From positions 6,014,001 through 6,078,000 of the forward strand of contig CATNEN010000005.1 of NCBI GenBank assembly GCA_950097015.1: 64,000 nucleotides of DNA, given 5' to 3'. Source of the stretch: Macrostomum hystrix. Its lineage: Eukaryota > Animalia > Platyhelminthes. The position numbers and the translations under genes are program-made. Positions 1 to 12,600 of the stretch are shown here, piece after piece. How positions within the stretch are numbered: position 1 is the first letter of the stretch; each line of letters starts with the position of its first letter. The notes under the pieces are model-generated. The model was not told where the DNA came from and ran no database searches. It was given only the letters and a program-made list of their open reading frames with translations.

Positions 1-23
1 CTCAACAAGTCAAGTAGTTCGTA

Positions 24-655
24 GAGTTGTGGAGTTTCTGGTTTGCTTCTGGTTAGGTTGTGGAGTTTCTGAGTATGGTTGTGGAGTTTCTGAGTAAGGT
101 TGTGGAGTTTATGAGTAAGGTTGTGGAGTTTCTGAGTAAGGTTGTGGAGCTTCTGAGTAAGGTTGTGGAGTTTATGAGTAAGGCTGTGGAGTTTCTGAGT
201 AAGGTTGTGGAGTTTATGAGTAAGGCTATGTGGTTTATGAGTAAGGTTGTGGAGTTTCTGAGTAAGGCTGTGGAGTTTATGAGTAAGGTTGTGGAGTTTC
301 TGAGTAAGGCTGTGGAGTTTATGAGTAAGGCTGTGAAGTTTCTGAGTAAGGCTGTGGAGTTTCTGGTAGGTCGTGGAGTTTCTGGTAGGTCGTGGAGTTT
401 CTGGTAGGTCGTGGAGTTTCTGGTAGGTCGTGGAGTTTCTGGTAGGTCGTGGAGTTTCTGGTAGGTCGTGGAGTTTCTGGTAGGTCGTGGAGTTTCTGGT
501 AGGTCGTGGAGTTTCTGGTAGGTCGTGGAGTTTCTGGTAGGTCGTGGAGTTTCTGGTAGGTCGTGGAGTTTCTGGTAGGTCGTGGAGTTTCTGGTAGGTC
601 GTGGAGTTTCTGGTAGGTCGTGGAGTTTTCGGATAGGTTGTGGAGTTTCTGAGAG
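24..655 (+). repeat. Compound minisatellite: 21-mer GTGGAGTTTCTGAGTAAGGCT then 19-mer GTGGAGTTTCTGGTAGGTC
   Basis: Tandem units read directly; 21-mer to ~358, then 19-mer. Confidence 0.97.
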
Positions 656-1406
656 GTTTCTAAAGGTAACTACTAAACTAAAGGTGTGTACTTAAATTGA
701 ATGCTCAGGAATTTAAAATTCGTAAGACCCTAATCTAGAAATTTGCCTAAAGCATACATTAATTAACATTGCTTTCCTGAACTTTTTTCTCAAACTAGAA
801 AATGAGGATTGGTTCATCAAAATCCTTTGTTACGTTACGACTCATTCGTTAATTTTTTTCTAATCTAAAAGCTTCCTGAATTTTTTTGGCGCGTCTATGA
901 TTACAACCATAAAAGTATGTGAAGCTAAGCCATTTTTGTTAATCTGCAATAAAGTCTAATTATAAACAGACACGAAATACTTTTAACAAACTTTGTTTAA
1001 GAATCTAAATCAGTTAACTTTTGTTGAACCCAATGCATCTTAAAAACCCATTCTTTCCGTCATTAACTAGATTCTTTACCGTCATAATAATAAATTAGCA
1101 CTAAAAGCCACGAGGCCTAAACAGTGATAAACCATAAAAACAGAAAACCCTGCAGAATTGATGTCGTAACGAAAAGTACAGAAATCTAAAATCGCATATA
1201 AATATTTAACTAAAAAGCGAACTGTGATTAAGATTACCATATGCATGTCGCAATGAACAACACAATGATCTGCACCCACTGGGAAAAAAGCAGGCGGCCC
1301 GCTTACGGCGGAGCAGCGTGGCGTAGAGTCTGTGCCGAAGTCGGGATGCGCCACGCTTAGCAAGCGGCTAGCACGCTATGGTGGCTGCAAAGTCGCAGTC
1401 TGGCCG

Positions 1407-1649
1407 TGTGAGAGATACAATTCAGACTACTGACAACAGTAGAAAAGCAAGGACTTGGCTGCAAAACTCTCACATAACACTAAAAAATATCGCCATAGAA
1501 AATGACAAGCTTAAAAGAGACTTCTGTGCACACTGAGAGTGGTGGGAGAGGACGGCGTGTGGCTATGGCTGACTGACGAAGGCAAACAAGCCAGAAACCG
1601 GTCTCGGTCTGCCAGCGCGAGGTTCGTTCCCCACTTTTAGTGTGTTACA
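1407..1649. mobile_element. Solo LTR, 243 bp, intact 5-bp TSD GGCCG...GGCCG
   Basis: Starts TGTGAGAGA, ends GTGTTACA (TGT...ACA). GGCCG at 1402-1406 and 1650-1654. Four more copies in the window. Orientation and superfamily unresolved. Confidence 0.9.
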
Positions 1650-3553
1650 GGCCGAATGCTAGCCGAAAGCGGTATCTACATTTCGAAGCGTTGCCACCGC
1701 AATGCCGAATTGCAAGCCTGTATGCATTGGCACTGGATGCTGACCAAATAAGAACACAAAAAAGGACAGAACAGAATAAAACAGGAGGCACTTATCATTG
1801 AGCAGACATCAGACAAAAACGAGCCCGAGAATAAACTGCTCAATAGTAAATTTATTAGCAGCAGAGCTCGAAATTATTTATATTTTATTTACAAATGACT
1901 AATTAGTCGATAACAATAGCGAGTATTCGTAAATTTAAAAAAAAATAAACTAGCTATATGTTTAACTGCGAAGCATAAGGAAATTATAGAAAACAGAGTG
2001 AATAACATTAGCCTAATAAAAATATTAATCGACAAGTTTGAGGAATCGCCATGCACCTTTGGGAGGGCAACTGCTTTTCCATCTAGTATACCAGAGACGA
2101 TTTGGCGGCAAGTAGTGTAAGTGCCTTATGTCTAGCAGGCGACTCATACGGATATTCATGAAGGTTGCAACGAAGAATATTAATTGTTCGTTATACCGCC
2201 ATGACAATCAACAGAATTTGCCCCTTCACGGCCTTCAGTTGCACCAATATAATGCGACTCAGGACGGTAATGACTTCTGAATCCTGTAGAAAACCGGCAA
2301 ATCTTAGTGATAATCCCCTCCACTGGAACATGTTTCCACTTGACACTCCTGCAGTAGGTTCAGACAACACCAGGATTTTCTTCAGCCAAAGCTAATTGCA
2401 CAATTACTGCATTGACAGGTTTACTGTCTTATTTAGCAGTAATTGCCAGCCGAAATGACTGACTAGCAAGACTGCCAATTCCATGATGTATAAACTAGTT
2501 CATTAATAGAAAACTGGCTGAACTTTGACTTTTTGTCTTCAGGAAAGTAGAGTAGAGCACACTGCCTATTTTCAAATGCTAACTTCGAAAAGGATTGTAG
2601 AACAAGTAGCTGAAATGAATAAAATATAAATGAGTGATAGCATACAGATAATTTGTTAGCTAAGCAATTGTTTTACCTAGCAAAAGTGGCTCTAATGCTA
2701 TAGTAGAATGCCTGCCGTAACGGCCACCGTAACGCTGCAACGGATAGAAGAGACGCTGATTGCGGGCCGACTACGCAATGGCTACAGAATAGAATAGAAT
2801 GCGACATTATCAGTCGAGCCGCCTGCTATCCGCTTACTCATTTCCCATTGGGCAGCCGTTGATTAGCGCTAAATGCCCATTTGCACAGCAAAAACAAAAT
2901 TAAAAAGCTTGTATCTCATGTCAGTACGCAACGATTTTTGCAAAAATGTTTATACAAAGATAAATCAGTTCTTTTGGAAGGGCCGAGCATATTTAATCTA
3001 CAGAAAAGCAAAACAGTTGCTGCTTCCGAGCCTAGCTCTCGCAGCTGTCTTTGTACCTCACAATACGAGTATGCCAACTGCAACAATAAGCCACAATGAG
3101 CATAAGACTCAGAGACTAAAACTGTTTGCAGCCATAAAAATGGAGGCTGTCGAGGCTTTGAAATATTTCACCTAAAAAAACTTCAGACATAAAGGAAGGC
3201 CGAATCGAGCACAGACAAAGGACCCGAGCACAGGTTTTGGTGGGTCCTTTGTGTAGCCGCACAGATTCTCTCTTGTGTTGAGGCACAAGTTGAGTACAGG
3301 ACTCATTATTTTAAATGCTGAGCAGCCAGGAATGTATTTTACCAGGCATTGAAACTGATGCAAATGGAGGCTGCGAATGGGGGATGGTCATTTTGTCTCC
3401 TACTCAAGCTCAACTCAACTAGTAAGTCTACTCAGTGCAGCCATGCAGAAATATTTCTATATGAGCTCAGAAAGCATTGCGATAGAGGAGCCCTAAAAAC
3501 TGATGCACACAGTCGCAATGCAGTGTGGCCTGCGATGCCCAGCCCATCCTTCT

Positions 3554-3753
3554 GTTGCTAGGCAACAATAAACAAACTGGCGCCCATTTAAGAGCCGGAG
3601 TGGAGCATCGTTTCGCTCTTCATTTGCGACGGCAGCTTTCAAGCAGCCGACTGACTGACATCCACCGACCGAGTCTCTCCGTTGCTAGGCGACTCTCTCC
3701 GTTGCTAGGCGAGACTCTCCGGATCTCCCGTTGCTGCTGTAGTGCAGGTGAGG
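3554..3753 (+). promoter_or_regulatory. Upstream module 1 (copy A): RFX X-box + forkhead site + putative non-coding first exon ending at a donor
   Basis: GTTGCTAGGCAAC 3554-3566; ATAAACAAA 3568-3576; two GTTGCTAGGC half-sites; CAG|GTGAGG donor with GT at 3748. Confidence 0.6.
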
Positions 3754-3894
3754 GGGTTAATTGCTGAACTAGTTTCCATAAACTACGAAACAGTGCCTTA
3801 CTCTCTTAATGCTGTTATTTCTAAACAACAGTAGGTATATTAGTCGTTTGTTAAACTATGCTTTAGATGGATTTCAGAAACACAATCCTGACAG

Positions 3895-4800
3895 ATAAAA
3901 TGCGAGACAGAATGACATGAAATGAGAGACAGAATGACATGAAATGAGAGACACAATGACATGAAATGAGACACAATGACATGAAATGAGAGACACAATG
4001 ACATGAAATGAGAGACACAATGACATGAAATGAGAGACACAATGGCATGAAATGAGAGACACAATGACATGAAATGAGAGACACAATGACATGAAATGAG
4101 AGACACAATGACATGAAATGAGAGACACAATGACATGAAATGAGAGACACAATGACATGAAATGAGAGACACAATGACATGAAATGAGAGACACAATGAC
4201 ATGAAATGAGAGACAGAATGACATGAAATGAGACACAATGACATGAAATGAAAGACACAATGACATGAAATGAGAGACACAATGACATGAAATGAGACAC
4301 AATGACATGAAATGAAAGACACAATGACATGAAATGAGAGACACAATGACATGAAATGAGAGACACAATGACATGAAATGAGAGACACAATGACATGAAA
4401 TGAGAGACACAATGACATGAAATGAGAGACACAATGACATGAAATGAGAGACACAATGACATGAAATGAGAGACACAATGACATGAAATGAGAGACACAA
4501 TGACATGAAATGAGAGACACAATGACATGAAATGAGAGACACAATGACATGAAATGAGAGACACAATGACATGAAATGAGAGACACAATGACATGAAATG
4601 AAAGACACAATGACATGAAATGAGAGACACAATGACATGAAATGAAAGACACAATGACATGAAATGAGAGACACAATGACATGAAATGAAAGACACAATG
4701 ACATGAAATGAGAGACACAATGACATGAAATGAGAGACACAATGACATGAAATGAGAGACACAATGACATGAAATGAGAGACACAATGACATGAAATGAG
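3895..4800 (+). repeat. 22-bp minisatellite ACACAATGACATGAAATGAGAG, ~41 units
   Basis: Read directly. The three overlapping minus-strand ORFs have a 22-aa (3x22 bp) period. Confidence 0.98.
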
Positions 4801-5363
4801 GCCCAATTTAGTCTCCAAATTTTGCAATATTTCTTCGCGAATACATTAAAAGTCCATCTTCAAGACCTCACAGAAAGTCTAATCTTAGTATTTTAGAAAA
4901 TTTTTCTTCAAGCAATGGCCCTCTCACCCAAATGCACCCAAAGCAATTCGCACAGAACAATGGACAGCAACAATGAACCCACAGCCGAAACTGTTTTGCA
5001 GCAATAAAATATTCAATGGCGAGTTTGAGCAGGCTAACTCATGCTTTGTCTTCGTCTCAAACTCAACTCGAGTCTTCTCTGTGCAGATTGAAGCAGCCCC
5101 TCAACCTGTGTGCTCAAAGTGAGCAGTGTTTAATCTCTCATGTGGCATTGAAACTGTAGCGAATGGAAGCTGAGAATGGGTTGGACAAAGTACTTTTGTC
5201 ACCGACTCAAACTCATCTCAAATGCTTTAGTAGGCCATGCAGACCTGTCTCCGTATGGACTCAGTGTTCATGTACTTTAATCAGCTCATAGGGTGTTTGA
5301 GTAGCACAAACTGGAGCACACAGTCGCAATGCAGTGTAGAATGTATGCTCAACCCATGCTTCT

Positions 5364-5648
5364 GTTGCTAGGCAACAAATAAACAAATTCGCACCGATTC
5401 AAAGTTACTGTCGAGTATCCGTTTTCTCTTCATTCACAGCCAACTGAATCATTTTTTAAACTGCTGAAGCCTCTGAGTCTGTCTGTTGCTAGGCGAGTCT
5501 CTCCGTTGCTAGGCGAGTCTCTCCGTTGCTAGGCGAGTCTGTCTGTTGCTAGGCGAGTCTCTCCGTTGCTAGGCGAGTCTTTCCGTTGCTCGGCGAGTCT
5601 CTCCAGATTGCCCATTGCTGGCAGTGTCCAGAGGACTCAAAGGTAAGT
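5364..5648 (+). promoter_or_regulatory. Upstream module 2 (copy A): X-box + forkhead site + 6x 20-bp half-X-box repeat + putative exon/donor
   Basis: GTTGCTAGGCAAC 5364-5376; ATAAACAAA 5379-5387; (CTCCGTTGCTAGGCGAGTCT)-like x6 at ~5476-5602; AAG|GTAAGT donor with GT at 5643. Paralogous to module 1. Confidence 0.62.
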
Positions 5649-6327
5649 AAATTAAACTTTTCAGTTCAACAGCTTCCGACTTTTGTGCGCACATCCAAGA
5701 TCTTTAATCATAGTTTAAAGTCTGCATACTTTAAGTTACTTGTATCGTCCTTTCCATTTGCCAATAGCTACTTCACCAGCTGTTACAGTATTTAGTACAA
5801 AATATGTATTTATATGGGCTGGCCTGGCGGTGCAATCAGAGTGGAAAAAGTTGTCTTTTACAATTCCGTTTTCAGGCAGCTATTTGCTACTTTCTACTGT
5901 AAGTAGTGCTGATTAGGCATACTTTTAGGTTACCATTTCTTAGGTATTATACTTTTCATGTGGAATCAAGTGCTACTTTTAGGATAAAACGCACTATTAT
6001 TTCCGATACTCACTACTGTAATAATTTGACAAAGAAGTCAATATTAGTCGAATCTTAGATCGAAGTCGATCTTAGTCGATCTTAGTCGAAGAAGATAATT
6101 TGCCCAGGAAGGATAATTCAAACCAAGGGTTTGAGACAAAGGGGACACTTTCTCAAATGAGGATATATCGATTGAGGGACTTTTTGCCACGGAAAACAGA
6201 TAAGTATGTACAAATAGACAGAGAATGTAAAATCAGGGACGATATACCATAATTAAATTTGACACACCAATTTTAAACAATTTGACTGGGCGAATAAATT
6301 AATAAAAGAAGTAAAACCCAGCTGTTT

Positions 6328-7192
6328 TACTTGCAGTAGTACTGTAGTGATATTATACTTGCAGTAGTACTGTAGTGATATTATACTTGCAGTAGTACTG
6401 TAGTGATATTATACTTGCAGTAGTACTGTAGTGATATCATACTTGCAGTAGTACTGTAGTGATAGCATACTTGCAGTAGTACTGTAGTGATATCATACTT
6501 GCAGTAGTACAGTAGTGATATTATACTTGCAGTAGTACTGTAGTGATATTATACTTGCAGTAGTACTGTAGTGATATCATACTTGCAGTAGTACTGTAGT
6601 GATATTATACTTGCAGTAGTACTGTAGTGATATTATACTTGCAGTAGTACTGTAGTGATATCATACTTGCAGTAGTACTGTAGTGATATTGTAATTGCAG
6701 TAGTACTGTAGCGATATTATACTTGCAGTAGTACTGTAGTGATATTGTACTTGCAGTAGTACTGTAGTGATATTGTACTTGCAGTAGTACTGTAGTGATA
6801 TTGTACTTGCAGTAGTACTGTAGTGATATTGTAATTGCAGTAGTACTGTAGCGATATTATACTTGCAGTAGTACTGTAGTGATATTGTACTTGCAGTAGT
6901 ACTGTAGTGATATTGTACTTGCAGTAGTACTGTAGTGATATTGTACTTGCAGTAGTACTGTAGTGATATTGTAATTGCAGTAGTACTGTAGTGATATTGT
7001 ACTTGCAGCAGTACTGTAGTGATATCATACTTGCAGTAGTACTGTAGTGATATTATACTTGCAGTAGTACTGTAGTGATATTGTAATTGCAGTAGTACTG
7101 TAGCGATATTATACTTGCAGTAGTACTGTAGTGATATCATACTTGCAGTAGTACTGTAGTGATATCATACTTGCAGTAGTACTGTAGTGATA
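6328..7192 (+). repeat. 28-bp quasi-palindromic minisatellite TACTTGCAGTAGTACTGTAGTGATATTA, ~31 units
   Basis: Period 28 (6329 to 6357); contains CAGTA-G-TACTG palindrome. Confidence 0.98.
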
Positions 7193-7345
7193 ATTTGCTT
7201 GCAGCATTGCTGCAGTATGAAGGGATTATTGAGGCAAAAAGAGAGTAGAATGAATATGTTGGTGTTTAATTAGACTATTTTTTACATCATATTTCCTTAT
7301 TCAGTTTCGGCAGCCTTCGAACTGCTCACTCACTGGCAGCCTCTG

Positions 7346-7492
7346 AGTCTCACCGTTGCTAGGCGAGTCTCCCCCGTTGCCAGGGAAGTGTCTCCGTTGC
7401 TAGGCGAGTCTCCCCCGTTGCTAGGCGAGTCTCAGCAAGTCGCTCACCGCTGCTGTTGCAGCTGCAGCTGCATCGCGGACTCATCGGTGAGT
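7346..7492 (+). promoter_or_regulatory. Upstream module 3 (copy A): half-X-box repeats + putative exon/donor
   Basis: Four CCGTTGCYAGG copies, then GGACTCATCG|GTGAGT (GT at 7487). The exon end resembles module 2 GGACTCAAAG|GTAAGT. Confidence 0.55.
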
Positions 7493-7819
7493 GTTGTTGG
7501 CTGGAAAAGTACAATTTGCATACTGGCATTTGCTGACTCTGACCATAGACACCAATAGGAAATAAAGTGCGAATTTACTGATTGGACGGGTTTGAAGCTT
7601 CTTGCTGAAATTCGCTGGTGGAATTTCGCTTAAGAACTTTGTGTTCTTAAGAATATTGGTAAGAATATTGGCGATAAATCTTCGTTTGTGAGTAGCATTC
7701 TCCAGGGAATAATTTGCCTATTGAGAGGATAATTTGACAACTAAGGGGGGCATTTTTTAATTAAGTGCGATAAGCTGCTAATTGAGAAGATATATTTGTT
7801 GATTAAGGGGATGACTTGG

Positions 7820-8405
7820 GGATTAAGGGAATCATTTTGGGATTTGTGGGGTTAATTTGTGGATTGAGGGGATAAATTTAGGATTTAGGGGATAATCTGT
7901 GGATTGTGGGGATAATCTTTGGATTGAGAGGATAATCTGTGGATTGAGGGCTAATCTGTGGATTGAGGGGATAATCTGTCGATTGAGCGGATAATCTTTG
8001 GATTGAGGGGATAATCTGTGGATTGAGGGGATATTCTTTGTATTGAGGGGATAATCTGTGCATTAAGGGGATAATCTGTGGATTGAGGGAAAAATCTGTG
8101 GATTGAGGTGATATTCTTTGTATTGAGGGAAAAATCTGTGGATTGAGGGGATATTCTTTGTATTGAGGGGATAATCTGTAGATTGAGGGGATATTCTTTG
8201 TATTGAGGGGATAATCTGTGGATTGAGGGAAAAATCTATGGATTGAGGGGATAATCTGTGGATTGAGGGGATAATCTGTGGATTGAGGGGATAATCTGTG
8301 GATTGAGGGGATAATTTGTGGATTGAGGGGATAATCTGTGGATTGAGGGGATAATCTGTGGATTGAGGGGATAATTTGTGGATTGAGGGGATAGTTTGTG
8401 GATTG
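7820..8405 (+). repeat. 20-bp G-rich minisatellite GATTGAGGGGATAATCTGTG
   Basis: Read directly; degenerate relatives at ~7700, ~6100 and 8860-9030. Confidence 0.96.
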
Positions 8406-8648
8406 ATGTATTGTTCGCCAACTTAGTGGTACATTTTTAAATTAAGTGTGATAAAAACCCAAACAGAAAGGAGACATTTAAAATATATTAGATGACAGGA
8501 ATCAGTTGCAACTCAGGGTAGAGAGGGAAGAAGAGGAATAGAGAAGGGAATAAGGAGGGAATATGGGAGTAGAGACGGGTACCAGTCAAGACTATTCAAT
8601 TCCAACTTATTTTCCACAGCAGGTAACTGACAACCAATGAGTGTCTCT

Positions 8649-8661
8649 GTTGCTAGGCAAC
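8649..8661 (+). promoter_or_regulatory. Fourth full RFX X-box (copy A)
   Basis: CTGTTGCTAGGCAAC preceded by CCAAT (AACCAATGAG); conserved in copy B at 41953-41965. Confidence 0.45.
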
Positions 8662-9651
8662 TTTGCGTACTTGTAGTTGCTAACTTTGTCGATAGTAACC
8701 CTATTGGAGATAGTGTGCTCATTGACTGATTGAACGGGTCCTGAAGCTTCTTGCTGAAATACGCTGGTGGAATTTCACTTTGTGTGAACTTTGTGTTTAA
8801 GTTTAGGCAAAAATTCTTTGTTTGTATGTACAGTTGCCGTCTGAGGCGAATATTCTGAGAACTGAGGGGATAATTCACGGATTTAGGGGATAATTTGCGG
8901 ATTTAGAGGATAATTCGAGGATTTGTGGGATAATGCGCGGATTTGGGGGGATAATGCGCAGATTTAGAGGATAATTCGAGGATTTTGGGGATAATTTTAC
9001 GATTAAATGGGATAGAGGGGAAACTGTGTGGATTATTAGCAAAATATTGGGATTAAACTGCCGCTGATTTTACAGATTGCAAGATAAGTGGGATAAGCTG
9101 CAATGGACGGTGATTCTTAGAAACTGGGATGGCAAACAATATTATTCTCAAGTTTTCCCTCTGTGCAGTGAGAGGCTGTTGCTAAAGTTGCAACTGTACA
9201 TTTGCGACAGCAAGCCTAACAAGGTAGGAGTAACAAAAACTAAAGTGCTTCACACGGGAGGCAAAAATAGTTTATTTGTTCGTTTGCGAATACCAAAAAC
9301 ATTTCTGAAAGTCCATACCTACAAATACCCAAAGAATGGGCAATTTTAAATTATTTTGGCAAGCGAGCCACCGTATAATAAACTACCGAATAACTGCAAT
9401 GAATGGCCTTGGTTACAGGTTCTACTTTTCTTCCGAGTTTCTGTTTGGCAATAATCTTTCGCTATGCCGACACGTAAAGTCCTAAATTGATTTGTCTGTT
9501 GTAAAATTCAATACCTCAGGGATTAGGAAAACACGTTCGGCTAGTGTTCTTCATTTACACGATACTCACAAAAGAATTTCGAGAAATAAATAGATGCAGG
9601 GGAATAGTCATAGACAGAGGAATAGCCGGAGGAATAGACGGAGGAATATAC

Positions 9652-12600
9652 AGGGGATTAGAGTGAGCAACTGAGAGGATGAGAGTGAGGAACTGAGAGG
9701 GATTAGAGTGAGCAACTGAGAGGATGAAAGTGAGGAACTGAGAGGGATTAGAGTGAGCAACTGAGAGGATGAGAGTGAGGTACATAGAGGGGATGAGAGT
9801 GAGGAACTGAGAGGATGAGAGTGAGGAACTGAGAGGGATGAGAGTGAGGAACTGAGAGGGATGAGAGTGAGGAACTGAGAGGGATGAGAGTGAGGAACTG
9901 AGAGGATGAGAGTGAGGAACTGAGAGGGATGAGAGTGAGGTACTCAGAGGGATGAGAGTGAGGAACAGAGAGGGATGAGAGTGAGGAACTGAGAGGGATG
10001 AGAGTGAGGAACTGAGAGGGATGAGAGTGAGGAACTCAGAGGGATGAGAGTGAGGAACTGAGAGGGATGAGAGTGAGGAACTGAGAGGGATGAGAGTGAG
10101 GAACTGAGAGGGATGAGAGTGAGGAACTGAGAGGGATGAGAGTGAGGAACTGTGAGGGATGAGAGTGAGGAACTGAGAGGGATGAGAGTGAGGAACTGAG
10201 AGGGATGAGAGTGAGGAACTGAGAGGGATGAGAGTGAGGAACTGAGAGGGATGAGAGTGAGGAACTGAGATGGATGAGAGTGAGGAACTGAGAGGGATGA
10301 GAGTGAGGAACTGAGAGGGATGAGAGTGAGGAACTGAGAGGATGAGAGTGAGGAACTGAGAGGGATTAGAGTGAGGAACTGAGAGGGATGAGAGTGAGGA
10401 ACTGAGAGGGATGAGATTGAGGAACTGAGAGGGATGAGAGTGAGGAACTCAGAGGGATAAGAGTGAGCAACTGAGAGGGATTAGAGTGAGGAACTGAGAG
10501 GGATTAGAGTGAGGAACTGAGAGGGATGAGAGTGAGGAACTAAGAGGGATTAGAGTGAGGAACTGAGAGGGATGAGAGTGAGGAACTCAGAGGGATGAGA
10601 GTGAGGAACTGAGAGGGATGAGAGTGAGGAACTGAGAGGGATGAGAGTGAGGAACTGAGAGGGATGAGAGTGAGGAACTGAGAGGGATGAGAGTGAGGAA
10701 CTGTGAGGGATGAGAGTGAGGAACTGAGAGGGATGAGAGTGAGGAACTGAGAGGGATGAGAGTGAGGAACTGAGAGGGATAAGAGTGAGGAACTGAGAGG
10801 GATGAGAGTGAGGAACTGAGATGGATGAGAGTGAGGAACTGAGAGGGATGAGAGTGAGGAACTGAGAGGGATGAGAGTGAGGAACTGAGAGGATGAGAGT
10901 GAGGAACTGAGAGGGATGAGAGTGAGCAACTGAGAGGGATGAGAGTGAGGAACTGAGAGGGATTAGAGTGAGGAACTGAGAGGGATGAGAGTGAGGAACT
11001 GAGAGGGATGAGATTGAGGAACTGAGAGGGATGAGAGTGAGGAACTCAGAGGGATGAGAGTGAGCAACTGAGAGGGATTAGAGTGAGGAACTGAGAGGGA
11101 TTAGAGTTAGGAACTGAGAGGGATGAGAGTGAGGAACTGAGAGGGATGAGAGTGAGGAACTGAAAGGGATGAGAGTGAGGAACTGAGAGGGATGAGAGTG
11201 AGGAACTGAGAGGGATGAGAGTGAGGAACTGAGAGGGATGAGAGTGAGGAACTGAGAAGGATGAGAGTGAGGAACTGAGAGGGATGAGAGTGAGGAACTG
11301 AGAGGGATGAGAGTGAGGAACTGAGAGGGATGTGAGTGAGGAACTGAGAGGGATGAGAGTGAGGAACTGAGAGGGATGAGAGTGAGGAACTGAGAGGGAT
11401 GAGAGTGAGGAACTGAGAGGGATGAGAGTGAGCAACTGAGAGGGATGAGAGTGAGGAACTCAGATGGATGAGAGTGAGGAAATGAGAGGGATGAGAGTGA
11501 GCAACTGAGAGGGATTAGAGTGAGGAACAGAGAGGGATGAGAGTGAGGAACTGAGAGGGATGAGAGTGAGCAACTGAGAGGGATGAGAGTGAGGAACTGA
11601 GAGGGATGAGAGTGAGGAACTCAGAGGGATGAGAGTGAGGAACTCAGAGGGATGAGAGTGAGGAACTGAGAGGGATGAGAGTGAGGAACTGAGAGGGATG
11701 AGAGTGAGGAACTGAGAGGGATGAGAGTGAGGAACTCAGAGGGATGAGAGTGAGGAACTGAGAGGGATTAGAGTGAGGAACTGAGAGGGATGAGAGTGAG
11801 GAACTGAGAGGGATTAGAGTGAGGAACTGAGAGGGATGAGAGTGAGGAACTGAGAGGGATGAGAGTGAGGAACTGAGAGGGATGAGAGTGAGCAACTGAG
11901 AGGGATGAGAGTGAGGAACTGAGAGGGATGAGAGTGAGGAACTGAGAGGGATGAGAGTGAGGAACTGAGAGGGATGAGAGTGAGGAACTGAGAGGGATGA
12001 GAGTGAGGAACTGAGAGGGATGAGAGTGAGGAACTCAGAGGGATGAGAGTGAGGAACTGAGAGGGATTAGAGTGAGGAACTGAGAGGATGAGAGTGAGGA
12101 ACTGAGAGGGATGAGAGTGAGGAACTGAGAGGGATGAGAGTGAGGAACTGAGAGGGATGAGAGTGAGGAACTGAGAGGGATGAGAGTGAGGAACTCAGAG
12201 GGATGAGAGTGAGGAACTGAGAGGGATGAGAGTGAGGAACTCAGAGGGATGAGAGTGAGGAACTCAGAGGGATGAGAGTGAGGAACTCAGAGGGATGAGA
12301 GTGAGGAACTGAGAGGGATGAGAGTGAGGAACTGTGAGGGATGAGAGTGAGGAACTGAGAGGGATGAGAGTGAGGAACTGAGAGGGATGAGAGTGAGGAA
12401 CTGAGAGGGATGAGAGTGAGGAACTCAGAGGGATTAGAGTGAGCAACTGAGAGGGATGAGAGTGAGCAACTGAGAGGGATTAGAGTGAGGAACTGAGAGG
12501 GATGAGAGTGAGGAACTGAGAGGGATGAGAGTGAGGAACTGAGAGGGATGAGAGTGAGGAACTGAGAGGGATGAGAGTGAGGAACTCAGAGGGATGAGAG

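Noticed and set aside
884-894. E2F-like TTTGGCGCG site as part of a multiciliogenesis programme
   Set aside because: Single short match, altered to ATTGGCGCG in the other three X copies, and far from the putative first exons.
1365-1735. HDV-like, twister or twister-sister ribozyme
   Set aside because: Helix order is suggestive, but the L3/P1.1 GG-CC, catalytic-core and P4 pairings are missing. Kept only as an unassigned structured element.
2764-2830. Possible tRNA or tRNA-derived SINE (A-box-like ACGCAATGG, B-box-like GTCGAGCC)
   Set aside because: No acceptor-stem pairing, poor box matches, no A-tail or TSD.
660-3300. Short ORFs conserved across copies (1082, 2025, 2165, 2873, 2881 and paralogs) as genes or transposase remnants
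   Set aside because: Conservation reflects recent duplication; no domain motifs recognisable; ends vary between copies.
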